Positions 53,953-64,000 of a stretch of DNA of 64,000 nucleotides are shown here, piece by piece. Under the pieces are notes generated by a model, which saw only the letters and a list, made by a program, of their open reading frames with translations, was not told where the DNA came from and did no database searches. Position numbers and translations under genes: made by a program. The DNA comes from Octopus vulgaris (lineage: Eukaryota): assembly GCA_951406725.2 (NCBI GenBank), contig OX597819.1:114390001-114454000 (forward strand). The letters run 5' to 3'. The stretch's first letter is position 1. Each line of letters begins with the position of its first letter.

Positions 53953-56812
53953 TAATAATAATAATGATAATAATAATAATAATGATAATAATAATAATAA
54001 TGATAATAATAATAATAAAGGTTTCAGATTTTGTCAGAAGGGTAGCAATTTTGGGGGAGGGGACTAGTCGATAACATTGACCCCAGTATAAAGTTGACCT
54101 CAGCATGTAGTGAGAGGTGAAATACCACAAAGCATTTCATCGAGTCATGAGGTCAGCAATTTTAGCCAAGAGGGAGTAATTGATATCATCGATGTCAGTA
54201 CTTTAATAGAACTTTATTTTATCAACAATGGTGAGAAGAAAGGCAAAGCTGACCTTGTTGTTTAACAAGTATAGAATGAAATCAGGTACAATGGGAAATT
54301 ACAACTAGAGAAATAGAATACCAGAAACTCACCACACTGTCGTTTCACCATAGAGCGTTGATATTGGACTGGTCCAACAGAGGCAAGACTAACATCCAGC
54401 TTTGCTGGATCAACCAGAGCTGGAAAAGGAATGAAAGGTTAATGATCACAGGTGAGTAGGAAACAAAATATTGAAGAAAAATATCTAAGATAAACAATTC
54501 AGTAAAGAATTTCCTGAATGTCATTATGTTTCTATTCTTTCCTGTTTCTTCATTTTTATATTTTACCACAGGACATCTTATCCTGATATCTCTTTTATTT
54601 GTATTGTTAGGACATATAATTTCAAAAAATGGCATTTAATATATGCTGATACATTTGAGCCTGACATTCAGCATTGCTGATAGTTTGTGGTAAATAAATA
54701 GTGACAAAAAGAGGGAGAAAAGAGAGCTTGCAGAGGGTATGAGAAAAGATTATGTGGAAAGCAATATAACAAAATGATAGAGTGAGAAAGAAGGGGATAA
54801 GAATAATTAAAATGAAGTGTGTAGAGAAAGAGAATGAAATAGATCCATTTGTAAGCTTTATTTGTAATTTAACTCATAAACATCAGCATAGTGAAAAATA
54901 TAGTCAGCTTTGACTGGATTTCAGCTCCAACTCAAATTGGTGGCACAGCTAATGAAGAAACTATAATAGGTTTATTATAGTCAATACTAACCTTTGGTGA
55001 TTCCTTCTTTGACATGGGTATGGATCCAGGTTTTCAACAGTGGCATCTCCATAACTTGAAGCCCACCCATCACACTGATATTAAACCAAACATCAGGGCT
55101 GAAATAGAAGAGGTTACACTTCTAAATTAGTCATACACTGAAGAAAAAGTAATTTATTTCCTTCCTTAATTTTAATATTCAACAAATACCACTATTCATG
55201 AATTAATGAGAGAACTTCTGTATAGTCACTTGCCCCATTAGAAATAGCAGCCAAATCTCCCACAAATTACACCTTGCCAGCTTCAAAAAAGAGAAGACGT
55301 ACTTGACAATATGGTCCTAGATATACAAAAATACAGGTTGGTAACAGATGGAAATGCCTTTGAGTGTAGATCTGCCCAATCAAGGTTCATCTAGAATTAA
55401 ATATCAACATCAACAATAACCATCATCTCTACCTTACCTTCCCCTGTGTGTCTGGTGAATAATTATAATAGAAAATATTGCATGGGTCATTTCCAATCAA
55501 AAGCTTGACATTATACTAATTGTTTAATAATGGTTTCAAATTTTGGTACAAAGCCAGAAAGTTTGAGGGAGAGGGTAAGTCAATTACATTGACCTCTGCT
55601 TCCTCCTCCCAGTGCTTAACTGGTACTTATTTTATTGACCCTGAAAGGATGAAAGGCAAAGTCGACCACAGCAGAATTTGACCTCAGAACATAAAGTTGG
55701 TTGAAACGCTGCTAAGCATTTTGCTCAGCATGATAACAATTCTACCAGCTTACCACTTTTGAATATTTAGTAATGATTATTCTTTGCATATATAATATAT
55801 AGAATTTATGTATATATTAAAGTTTATACATATTAGAAGTGTGTGTATGTGCACACACACAGACACACACACACACACGTGTATGTATGTGTGTAAGTGC
55901 AGGCATGGCTGTGTGGTTAAGAAGTTTACTTCTCAACCACATAGTTTTAGGTTCAATCTCACTTTCCAGCACCTTGGACAAGTATAATTTACTATAGCCC
56001 TGAGCCAACCAACACCTTGTGAGTGAGTGAGTGTATTTGGCAGATAAAAAGTGTAAAGAAAACCATTGTGCATACATATATAATGCACAGATATATGTAT
56101 ACACATACACACTCATTATTTGTGCATTTACATTTGCAATCACTTATATGAAAGTGTGGTGGTGTTTTCAGTTTCTCCTGCCAAGAAATGACCTGGGAAT
56201 TTTGTACTTTCAGTGTAATGTGGAGCAAGTGATCCCAAATTTGAAAAGCAAGTATGGATTAGAATCAGGAAGGGCATCCAGCTGTAAAACAATGCTTCAA
56301 ATAACATTTACCAACCTATGCATGGACATAAAACAAATGAATGTGTGTGTGTGTATGTATGCGTGCGCATATATATATATATGCTGTTTCATATTTACTT
56401 TTCTATACTTGCATTGATGGAGGATGTTTTTAGCTAGAAAAATTGTTTCCCTTCTAGTCTATCTCTCTGCTAGGCATTCAGTTATATAGTAGATTGAAAC
56501 TGTATGCATACATACACACACATATACTTACTTACATGCTGCATTGATACATATATCTACATACTGCACACATATGTATATATCTATACATACATACATA
56601 CATATATCTACATACTGCACACATATGTATATATCTATACATACATACATATATCTACATACTGCACACATATGTATATATCTATACATACATATATATA
56701 TATCTACATACTGCACACATATGTATATATCTATACATACATATATATATATCTACATACTGCACACATATGTATATATCTATACATACATATATATATA
56801 TCTATACATACA

Positions 56813-56859
<47 letters not shown>

Positions 56860-57022
56860 CTACATACTCACACATATGTATATATCTATACATACATATA
56901 TATATATCTATACATACATATATATATATCTATACATACATATATATATATATATATATACTATACATACATATATATATATATATATATATCATACATT
57001 ATATATATATATATATATATCT

Positions 57023-57073
<51 letters not shown>

Positions 57074-60000
57074 CACACAAACACACACACATAAACCATA
57101 ATGATTTTTAGCATATTCAAAAGGCCATCAAGATTTGGAAAAGGCTGTTAACTGAATAATTTGGCTGGTTCTTATTTTATTGATCATGGAAGATAGAATG
57201 TAAAGTAACAAGCAATAGCATTATAATCAATAATATAATTCCCAAAAAAAGTTTTTAAATAAAAATTATTGCATTTGAACTTTTTCCATGGAATGGGCCT
57301 TTTTCTCTCATAAAAAAGAAAAGAAAAAAATAGATAAAAAAGTAGAGACCTTGAAAAAAAAAACACCCACAAAATACTGAGGTATGTCAAAAGTGTAAAT
57401 TACAAAGAAAATAACATGCTGAAATTAAACCTAAAAATGTTGAATTTAAACAGGTGTTATTTTCGTTAGCATGGATATAGTAGTGAATATTTTGTTTTGC
57501 CATTAATTCAGTTATTGCATTACTGAATTTGTGCAGTTGAACACTCAATATTCTTAGTTTTCCTATTGCATCTCTGGCCAAAACAACTAATGCTGAGCCA
57601 AAGAGGCAGTCTCTAAGAGACAATAAGAGAGCCACTATATGATAATAACAATGAAAAGCTTTATGAGCTGACAAGAAAACATTTGTGATATCAAAACACC
57701 CTCTATGAGCTGACAAGTAAATTTAAGTAGTTGTCTGACTAACTAGACATAGCAGTTAAAATACTCTTCAAATGTCTAAGTCAAAGTTTGCTTTGGGCCT
57801 ATTGGCTCAAAAAGATGCATTTTACTTGGATTGTTTCTCTAAATGAGATGCTACTCCATCACAAGGTTAACCTGCTGTCACAGGCACTTATTTTCAGTTG
57901 AGTTTGGTTAGGGTAATGTGAAAGGAAGTGCCTTGCTGAAGGTCACAATGTACTACTACCCAGTCTGAGAATCAAATTCATACCTAATGATAGTGAATGT
58001 AACACTGCTCTGGCATCATACACATAGGACACATTGAGTAATATAGATCTAGATATGAAACGAAAATTAACAGGGTGGTCATAGTTGGAATGCTTTTGAC
58101 CATAGATCTGTTGAAATCCAGGATGACCTGGGACTAAACAACAACAGTAAAAATCATTCATGCAATCAAACTGTTTTAGTATGCTTAGAAATATGACACC
58201 ACTTACGTCTCAGTAAAATATACTGTGGCTTTAGAGAAATGGGGAAACGGTGTGTCCATAGACATATCTAAGTTGATTTGTAGAGTTCCTCGAATTGTCA
58301 GCTCTTCTATAGCTACATTGAAACCAATGCTGAAAAGAAACAAGAAAACAAATTATCAGACAATATTATTTGAATGAAATGTGATTTGAGAACAGTCAAG
58401 AGTATATAAATATATATCTTTTATCGTTTACTTGTTTCAGTGATTGGAATACAGCCATGCTGGGGCATTATCTACAAGCATTTAGTTGAACAAATCAACC
58501 CCAGTACTTATTCTATCACTTTCTTTTGCTGAACTGCTAAATTACAAGGATATAATCAAACCAACACCTGTTGTAAAGTGGTGGTGTGGTGGTGGTGGTT
58601 GGGACAAACACACACACAATGGGCTTCCACACAGTTTCCAGCTACCAAATTTAGTCACAAGGCATTGGTTGGTTTAGGGATAAAGATGACACTTGCCCAA
58701 AATGCTGCACATTGCAACTGAACCCCAAACTACATGGTTGCAAAATGAGTATCTTAACAACACAGCCATGTCTGTGCTCTGTCTGTCTGTCTCTATCTCT
58801 CATAAATGACACCCTTTTTCCAGGCTTGCATGAGTGGTGGAATTTCTTTTAGGCAGTGTCTATTTTCTTTGTTCTCCTGAATCTACTGGAGCATATAAAG
58901 TTAAATGCCCTACTCAAAGACACAGCACAATAGCTGTAGTGAAATCTGAACTTGTGATCCTGTTTTCAGGAGCCAAATACTTCAACACCATGGCCACTGT
59001 ACCTCACTCTACTTTAAAAATTTTAAGTCAATGAATGAACAAGTTATATGGTAATAAATCTTAAAAGTCGGTAGGTAAATTTTTATTTCTCTATTTCTAA
59101 GATTTGATATACATGTATGTAACTAACACAGACTTTTATTCTTCAGAGACACAAATTTATTAAATCATTTTAGGGATATGGGTTTATTAACTTTTTACGA
59201 CACAAATTTATTAATTTTTCAAGATAAAAATTCATTAATTTTTATGGATACAAATTTGATTAATTTTTATCAAAAAATTTATAAAAGGGAAAATAATCCG
59301 TCTGAAACTTGAATTAAACTAAATTTCAGCAAAAACTGAAATATGAGTCAATAAAACAAATTTTCTGCACATATTTTGGTTCCTATCATCAAATTTTGTT
59401 TTGCTTTTGGATTATAGCTTCAGATCTGTCCATAACTAAAGTTCAGTTAATATCAATTTTAAATTAAAATACCTCAGAGAAAAATTACAACCCAACTTGT
59501 GATTAATGAAGTAATAGTTCTCTTCTGCTTTTCATATTATTGCAGTAGTTTGTTGCATTTTTTTACAGTCTCAAATAGACAAAGGACACAAAACATTTTA
59601 TTCTTGACTTCAATGACAAGCTCAGTCCAAAACATTAGAAAAATCTTTTTCCAGAGGCATATGAATTTAAAAATCTTTTCTTTTACACTTTACATATTCT
59701 TGTATATTGTTAAGGTAGGATTGACCTTGTGAATTATCATTGCCATTAAATATTATCCCAACACTTATTCATGATGCCACTTGGTGTGCTAGTATAAGGT
59801 GAGTGACATGGTTGAGAGTAATAAGCACTGAAGAGGGAACTCTGACAAATCTAGTTGGGCTTACAAACTTATGTGACCTAAGACTTTGTGTCATAGTTTA
59901 AGAGGTCCTCATTGTCATCATCGTCATTGTCATCATTGTCATCGTCGTTGTTGTTTAACGTCCGCTTTCCATGCTAGCATGGGTTGGACGATTTGACTGA

Positions 60001-61690
60001 GGTCTGGCGAACCAGATGGCTGCACCAGACTTCAATCTGATCTGGCAGAGTTTCTACAGCTGGATGCCCTTCCTAATGCCAACCACTCCGAGAGTGTAGT
60101 GGGTGCTTTTACATGCCTCCGGCACGAAGGCCAGTAAGGCGGTACTGGCAACGGCCATGCTCAAATGGTGCTTTTTATGTACCACCTGCACAGTAGCCAG
60201 TCCAGCAGCACTGGCAACAACCTTGCTTGAATGTTTTTTCACATGCCACCAGCACAAGTGCTAGTAGGCGACGCAGGTAACGATCACGTTCAAATGGTGT
60301 TTTAACGTGCCATCGGCTCGGAGGCCAGCTTGTTCCTCTGGCCCTGATCTCACTCATATGGTTCTCTTAGCACTCCACTAGCACGGATACCAATCATCGA
60401 ATTTGATTTCGATTTCACTTGCCTCAACAAGTCTTCACAAGCAGAGTTTAGTGTCCAATAAAGGAAAGGCATGCATAAGTGGACTGGTTACACCCCTGGC
60501 ACAGGCCACAAGGTTATGGTCTCACTTGCGCTTGCCGAGTCTTCTCAAGCACAGCATATTTCCTGAGGTCCTTCTTATTTTAATGATCATTTTTATGTGA
60601 TGGTATGAACTAAACAAAGCTGCAAAATGGCAGCTTCATCTTATGTCTTGATCTTGTGTCACCTCATTTTTTTCAGCCCAATATTCTGATGAGGTCTCAA
60701 TAGTAAATTAAACTTGGTCTTTCAATGAATAACCACGAGCTGGAATGTGATAGTGAAATGAGAGCAATGTAACAATATTAGCTTCTGGTGGCCGTAAACA
60801 TTGTTGTTTAGCCTGCAACTCATCTCTGATAAAATAGACATGTTAAAAGGTATTTCACCCATAATCATCTGTTTTTTTCTTTTTCCTGACAGTGTTTAAA
60901 AGATTACATTATTCAATGTATACTTTGAATGATAGGATGTAATTTAAGAGAGGTTTGGCCAATGTTTTTAGAGGGTTGAGCAAATTCACAGAAGTCTCTC
61001 CAATGGTTCATTTTTGTGAAGTTTGTATTATTTAGTTCCAGGTTGGAAATGATAGAGTAGACCCATGATCAAAGGTCTTTTGACTTTGATCCTCTTGTTT
61101 TATTCAAACAGTATGTCTAAGACTACATTATCCAATGTACCCTACATGTGTCCTAAGAGACACGGTATGACTGGGAGATTTGGTTGTTATTTCTAGTAGG
61201 TTGATGAAATGATGGGATACACACACATGCATAGACACACATATAGGATGAGAAAAAGAAGAAGAGGACATGGAAAGAAGGAGGAAGGTTGGAGTGGAAA
61301 GATACAAGTAGAGTTGGAAAGACAGAATTAGAGGGAAAAGGGAGAAAAAGAGAGAGAAGAAAGTTAGCAAATGGAAACATGCAAATTAGAAAAAGTAAAG
61401 TAGAAATAGAGAGTTAGATAAATAAAGAGAGACAAATATTTTTACTGACTTTCTCGCGCCAAGTCCAACTTTAAAGATCATCCGGAAGTCTTCACTGATC
61501 ATATCTACATCAACTTCGACCACCACCTTGAAAGACGATTTGTTCTCTAGACCAGGTGGTGGCTTGGTGATGTCCAGCCAAGCTAGGGTCTTTGAACCTC
61601 TTGGTACTCCTTCAGCATATTCAAACACTCGAATGTGCCGAACAGTTGGTGTGTTTATTCCAAGGCTGAACGTCAGAAGTTCAAGTTGTT
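603..61690 (-). CDS. Partial multi-exon gene: SMP + C2A + C2B + C2C + Ser-rich region; extended synaptotagmin/tricalbin-like ER-plasma membrane tether (20 exons in window, 2200 nt)
   Basis: Manual splicing of 20 exons with AG acceptors, GT donors (one GC) and unbroken frame. C2 motifs [24 protein letters not shown] and [30 protein letters not shown]-like [47 protein letters not shown]. Orthology to ESYT vs tricalbin is not established. Confidence 0.9.
1200..1400 (-). mobile_element. Single copy of the same SINE; others at about 12980-13180, 24475-24638, 26875-27045, 55530-55760
   Basis: actggtacttattttatcgac..aaggatgaaaggcaaagtc..atttgaactcagaac core. Confidence 0.85.
1542..1634 (-). CDS. 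Exon (disordered): [31 protein letters not shown]
   Basis: ttttgaag acceptor, TTA|gtaagt donor, 93 nt, phase 0->0. Confidence 0.8.
3356..3439 (-). CDS. Exon (end of C2C): [28 protein letters not shown]
   Basis: cttatttcag acceptor, TTG|gtatgt donor, 84 nt, phase 0->0; W..L....G.L.L last C2 strand. Confidence 0.92.
5588..5674 (-). CDS. Exon (C2C): [29 protein letters not shown]
   Basis: tcttcag acceptor, AAT|gttagt donor, 87 nt, phase 0->0. Confidence 0.93.
7112..7254 (-). CDS. Exon (C2C): [48 protein letters not shown]
   Basis: atttcag acceptor, TTG|gtgagt donor, 143 nt, phase 1->0; overlaps ORF 7022-7231. Confidence 0.95.
9170..9232 (-). CDS. Exon (C2C): [21 protein letters not shown]
   Basis: atttcag acceptor, G|gtaagt donor, 63 nt, phase 1->1. 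Confidence 0.93.
9585..9820. repeat. Perfect 84-bp inverted repeat (9585-9668 / 9737-9820) with 68-nt spacer
   Basis: Arms compared base by base and are exact reverse complements. Confidence 0.97.
9688..9738 (+). ncRNA. Minimal type I hammerhead-ribozyme-like motif with G3-C8 core variant
   Basis: TTTGTCA-GTGAACA-G-GTCGT(ggtctcaaa)GCGAC-GAA-AATATT-T-TGACAAA. Confidence 0.6.
10873..11430 (+). mobile_element. Second tRNA-derived SINE family (CORE-like accttggg..gtcttc segment); copies at about 1770-1925, 20370-20500, 25060-25200, 55899-56070, and reverse at 58418-58770
   Basis: A-box-like gtgactgtgtggt, B-box ggttcagtccc, conserved gccttgtgagtggatttggtagatggaaact; tail gctccagcatggctgcagtcaaatgactgaa. 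Confidence 0.75.
11650..11704 (-). CDS. Exon (linker): [18 protein letters not shown]
   Basis: tttctag acceptor, G|gtaaat donor, 55 nt, phase 0->1. Confidence 0.85.
12249..12370. repeat. 28-bp minisatellite, about 4.5 copies (taattacctgagtagtacactttatact)
   Basis: taattacc at 12249, 12277, 12305, 12333, 12361. Confidence 0.92.
13583..13700. repeat. About 29-bp AT-rich tandem repeat (aataataaaataatagaagtaataattaa) x3-4
   Basis: tagaagtaataa recurs four times. Confidence 0.85.
17060..17570 (+). mobile_element. CR1/Jockey-like LINE reverse-transcriptase C-terminal remnant
   Basis: Frame reads [39 protein letters not shown], the LYK..VRP..EY....W / FYRYY.G.CS.E pattern, with stops. Confidence 0.7.
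18080..19000 (-). mobile_element. Probable decayed LINE endonuclease-region fragment
   Basis: Mosaic of broken minus-strand ORFs with weak AP-endonuclease-like residues; no splice compatibility with the host gene. Confidence 0.35.
21690..22240 (-). mobile_element. Penelope-like 3' remnant; related copy in opposite orientation at about 47420-47635
   Basis: Shared text cttagcttagtttttccttggggctggccagattggagcaatc..ccgaaattgc..gaactcgactgagga; degenerate CTGAGGA..CAAA core; CT-rich body. Confidence 0.55.
24758..24818 (+). ncRNA. Type I hammerhead-ribozyme motif with one core mismatch (G12A)
   Basis: AGAGT-CTGACGA-GC..CCACAAGGC(ttag)GCTTTGTGG..GC-AAAAC-C(tag)G-GTA-ACTCT. Confidence 0.7.
26433..26506 (-). 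CDS. Exon (linker): [25 protein letters not shown]
   Basis: ttctcacag acceptor, ATG|gtatgt donor, 74 nt, phase 1->0. Confidence 0.85.
27824..27959 (-). CDS. Exon (end of C2B): [45 protein letters not shown]
   Basis: aatag acceptor (tandem TAGAAG), G|gtaagt donor, 136 nt, phase 0->1. Confidence 0.9.
35339..35428 (-). CDS. Exon (C2B): [30 protein letters not shown]; probable GC donor
   Basis: atttcag acceptor. Donor CAG|gcaaga gives 90 nt; weaker GAC|gtacat gives 81 nt ending at 35348. Both are phase 0. Confidence 0.9.
36175..37100 (-). mobile_element. Degenerate mariner (Tc1/mariner) transposon, 3'-truncated
   Basis: ATG at 36917 ([16 protein letters not shown]). HTH region in ORF 36483-36707, then [23 protein letters not shown] and FHQDNA catalytic motifs with stops and frameshifts. 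TIR-like end near 37080-37100. Confidence 0.92.
37771..37854 (-). CDS. Exon (C2B): [28 protein letters not shown]
   Basis: gttctag acceptor, AAG|gtacaa donor, 84 nt, phase 0->0; LNP.W motif. Confidence 0.93.
38731..40010 (-). mobile_element. Head-to-tail array of five tRNA-derived SINEs (Nin/Deu-domain-like core), mostly separated by (AAT)n
   Basis: Repeated unit: ggcacaaggcc..gattacatcgac..actggtacttattttatcgaccctgaaaggatgaaaggcaaagtcgacc..atttgaactcagaa..ctaagcattt..ttctgccagctc. Minus strand has A-box TGGCAGAATCG and B-box GAGTTCAAAT. Confidence 0.88.
41003..41109 (-). CDS. Exon (C2B): [36 protein letters not shown]
   Basis: ttttcag acceptor, AGA|gtaagc donor, 107 nt, phase 1->0; canonical C2 loop 1. 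Confidence 0.95.
45113..45231 (-). CDS. Exon (end of C2A/linker): [40 protein letters not shown]
   Basis: cccaacag acceptor after T-tract, G|gtaaga donor, 119 nt, phase 2->1. Confidence 0.9.
45612..45826 (-). mobile_element. Short Helitron-like element
   Basis: Minus-strand 3' end ACCC..GGGT hairpin (45623-45640) then CTAG|t; embedded in (TA)n. Confidence 0.45.
45847..46105 (+). mobile_element. tRNA-headed SINE-like element
   Basis: tggcccagtggttagg (A box) .. gttttgattccc (B-box-like). Confidence 0.55.
46106..46421 (+). mobile_element. (GAT)n-tailed RTE-LINE-related repeat; other + copies at about 4225-4370, 6817-6968, 7810-8408, 52240-52435, 63190-63350
   Basis: Conserved 3' text ggcgttaggaagggcatccagctgtagaaac..aacccatgctagcatggaaa..cgttaaacgatgatgat; internal repeats of gtggcacgtaaaaagcacc. 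Confidence 0.8.
46720..47415 (+). mobile_element. Penelope-like element remnant: GIY-YIG endonuclease fragment followed by a tRNA-like segment and a hammerhead-like terminal repeat
   Basis: [31 protein letters not shown] matches the PLE GIY-YIG pattern (VY.IPC..C...YIGET.R....R..EH). CTGATGA..GAAAC at 47324-47356. Confidence 0.8.
48541..48638 (-). CDS. Exon (C2A): [32 protein letters not shown]
   Basis: tttttcag acceptor, GA|gtaagt donor, 98 nt, phase 0->2. Confidence 0.88.
48750..49420 (-). mobile_element. Array of three copies of the same tRNA-derived SINE
   Basis: Same unit three times, (AAT)n spacers. Confidence 0.85.
50431..50564 (-). CDS. Exon (C2A): [45 protein letters not shown]
   Basis: ttgcag acceptor, AAG|gttagt donor, 134 nt, phase 1->0. 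Confidence 0.9.
51677..52190 (-). mobile_element. Non-autonomous Helitron-like element
   Basis: Minus strand ends ...CCCGAGCAACGCCGGG (hairpin, 51689-51704) cgatactgCTAG|t. Other end runs into (TA)n (..tatataaactgtag). CpG-rich, i.e. young. Confidence 0.7.
52600..52650 (-). CDS. Exon (start of C2A): [17 protein letters not shown]
   Basis: tatccag acceptor, G|gtaagt donor, 51 nt, phase 1->1. Confidence 0.88.
53080..54260. mobile_element. SINE cluster: one + copy (53080-53284) tail-to-tail with about five minus copies or fragments
   Basis: gtggcagaatcattagaac..gttcaaattctg..gccttgtgc on +, then reverse units; long (AAT)n at 53915-54018. Confidence 0.82.
54333..54419 (-). CDS. Exon (end of SMP): [29 protein letters not shown]
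   Basis: ttttccag acceptor, G|gtgagt donor, 87 nt, phase 1->1. Confidence 0.9.
54992..55098 (-). CDS. Exon (SMP): [36 protein letters not shown]
   Basis: atttcag acceptor, G|gttagt donor, 107 nt, phase 2->1. Confidence 0.92.
56545..57090. repeat. Compound minisatellite: ctacatactgcacacatatgtatatatctatacatac(at)n units degrading into (TA)n
   Basis: Five copies of catactgcacacatatg plus one variant. It produces the spurious YI/HT-rich ORFs 56504-57111. Confidence 0.92.
58207..58329 (-). CDS. Exon (SMP): [41 protein letters not shown]
   Basis: ttttcag acceptor, AC|gtaagt donor, 123 nt, phase 2->2. Confidence 0.92.
59930..60570 (-). mobile_element. Same (GAT)n-tailed element on minus strand; others at about 12470-12620, 34495-34680, 47771-48015, 49480-49810, 51490-51650
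   Basis: Reverse complement: tttaacgtccgctttccatgctagcatgggttggacg..ctacagctggatgcccttcctaatgcc. Confidence 0.8.
61450..61690 (-). CDS. Exon (SMP domain): [25 protein letters not shown]...[27 protein letters not shown]
   Basis: ttttctag acceptor, AA|gtcagt donor, 241 nt, phase 1->2; lies within ORF 61386-61835. Confidence 0.88.
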
Positions 61691-61813
61691 CTAGAAAATT
61701 TGATAAAATGAATACATATTGAATATATTTATTCATAGACTCACACACATACACATAATGTAGACATAAGTGTATATAAATATATAAATACATATGTATA
61801 TACATATACAAAT

Positions 61814-61848
<35 letters not shown>

Positions 61849-63543
61849 ATGATAAATCTCAGAGCGAGTTATATATATATATACACACACTAACAGATAT
61901 AGACAGAGAGAGAGAGACTGCTGCATAAGTATCAAGTACTCCGAATTAGTTAAACATGTAGAGGAGGAAGATTTGAGATGAAATGGTGAAAACTGACTTG
62001 AAGATGTTGCATCTTACTAAGGAGATGACAATGGACTGTACTGATTGGCAATCTGCACTGTCACAGAAGACCCATAACCCATCCATCCACATACTTTGAC
62101 TGATGGATAGTGACATATATTTTGTTCATCTGCTAAGCTACCTTATAGTCTCTTTTCATTCTTACCCACCATCATATATCTTTTAGTCATTTTCTTTATA
62201 ATTCCTCTCTCTTTATCACTCACAACCCCCTATGTTTCCCTCCATCTCTCAGTTCTCCATCATCCCTACAGACTACATCATCCACTTCACTCTGACCCCC
62301 TAGCCCTTCTGTGGCCCATATATAAGAGGCAACATTGGAACACCCTCTCTACTCAACATGCTAGGTTTGTCCTGCAATACTATCAAACAATAATCTCACT
62401 CCTGGGTTACCTATACTGCCACTCAACACTTATTCAGGTCTCTATCTCTTTACCTACCCTTATACCTCTAGGGTAATCTCCTTTCTTTTCAAACTGCTTT
62501 TGCTACATTTATCTATTACACTCCAGTACCTCCTTTCATCATCCTCTCTCTACAGCCTTTCTGCCTATAATGCTTTCTCTACATTCACACTCTGCTCTCA
62601 GCCTATATTTCTATGTTACCCTCTGTCCTTTCTTTCCCTCACTGCTCTTGCTAAACTCACCGCTGGTTCCAACCCTCTACCTCATTTTCTCTCACTGACT
62701 TTACCCCACAGCTTCTCCAGCTCTTCAACACCTTTTCCCTTCAATCTCTCTTTCAAGTTCCTTGCAACCCTCATCTATTTCTCTCATTCATGCTCACTTT
62801 CCTTCACACCTTCCATCCATACTCTCCCTTTTAACGTGGGATAGCCCTGTACCCCACCCCTACACAACCCACCTTATCACCCTTACCATTCTTTATCTTT
62901 CTTTCTCATTAATCCCCAACACAAATCTCTTTACTTTTTCTCTCCCTTCCATGCCTCTTCATCCAATAGTGTCTACTCTATTCCTCTCTCCACTATCAAC
63001 TTCTTACAACTATAAATCTGTTTCTCTTATCATACTTAACCCTCTCCCATCATGCTAACTAAAATCATCACACCATCACTCTGCTATTTTCATTCTGTTC
63101 TAGGAACCTAAAGGCCTTATTCTTGCAAATTGCAAGGTGAACTTACTAGTACTTGGGTCATGAAAAATAGCAGCCAGTATAGTCTGTAAAGTGACTGACA
63201 TAAGGAAGGCATCTAGCTGTAGAATTCAGTCAAAGCAGACATTTGAGCATGACTCAGTCCTCCAACTCATTAGGTCTTGTTGAAGTGACCAACCCATGCC
63301 AGCATGGAAGCCAGACATTAGATGACAATAATGATGATTACGATGATGATGTGTGCATGCATGTATGTCTGCGCATGTGAGTGTTTGCATATGCAGGCAT
63401 CCATGCACAAGTGTGCACATGCATTGATCCGTGCATGTGTGACTTGACAGTTTGTTTTGTGTTGACTGAATAAATCTGTAATAAAAAATTATTCCAACAA
63501 GTGAAGTATGGCTGTGTTGCACATCACCTGCCATATATATATG

Positions 63544-63583
<40 letters not shown>

Positions 63584-64000
63584 ACCTTTGATCAGAGATT
63601 ATTGGTAGACTCTGGTCTGAAGGATAAAAGTGTCAGATTGATCTTGTATCTATTCTTGATAGCAATGTCAACTGGAGCAATGAAGAGGTCAAGTTTTGTT
63701 GGTGATAGTAGTGACATTTTATACTCATGGATGGAGTGTGGATGCTGGAGGAGAAAGAAGCTTCAAAACATAATAAGAGTAAACTGTGTCCAAAGTGAAT
63801 TGCTCCCAATCCTCACAGTTAACTCCAGAACAATAAAAATAATGATGACAACGAAATTATTGTGTATAGTGCTTAGGAGCACTACAACTCATTAAAGGTG
63901 CATGTACAGTATACAGAATTATGTACAAAAGTCAGGAAAGTAAACAGTGTACGAGTCATGATTTACATGTGTGCATGCGTATGGAATGGGAGATATCAGG

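Noticed and set aside
56504-57111. Long ORFs of 113-196 aa
   Set aside because: Translations of TA/CATA repeats (YI/HT runs); no coding signal.
62200-63070. CT-rich ORFs (also 40021-40338, 43002-43316)
   Set aside because: Pyrimidine-rich low-complexity sequence, probably old retroelement tails; L/S/P/F-biased translations.
63545-63895. 116-aa ORF as a possible upstream exon or separate gene
   Set aside because: Starts in (TA)n, wrong strand for the host gene, no splice-compatible minus-strand frame; looks repeat-derived.

Overview
AT-rich, microsatellite- and repeat-dense eukaryotic DNA. The SINE/LINE repertoire resembles coleoid cephalopod (Octopus) genomes, which is an inference. The whole window lies inside one minus-strand, multi-exon gene that the ORF track largely misses. 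I hand-spliced 20 exons (61690 down to 603; 2200 nt, about 733 aa) with consistent phase at every junction. They encode an SMP lipid-transfer domain, three C2 domains and a Ser-rich tail, i.e. an extended-synaptotagmin/tricalbin-like membrane-contact-site protein. The 5' end lies beyond 64000 and the gene probably continues below position 1. Introns contain tRNA-derived SINEs (several in head-to-tail arrays), RTE-type (GAT)n-tailed elements, CR1/Jockey-like LINE fragments, a dead mariner, Helitron-like elements and Penelope-like remnants. Most notable: (1) several hammerhead-ribozyme-like motifs, including one with a compensatory G3-C8 core swap in the loop of a perfect 84-bp inverted repeat; (2) a cluster of candidate in-frame microexons (6, 9, 18 and 33 nt) in the C2B-C2C linker intron; (3) a likely GC-AG intron; (4) a tricalbin-like pattern of Ca2+-binding residues. 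All calls come from manual reading; no database search was run.
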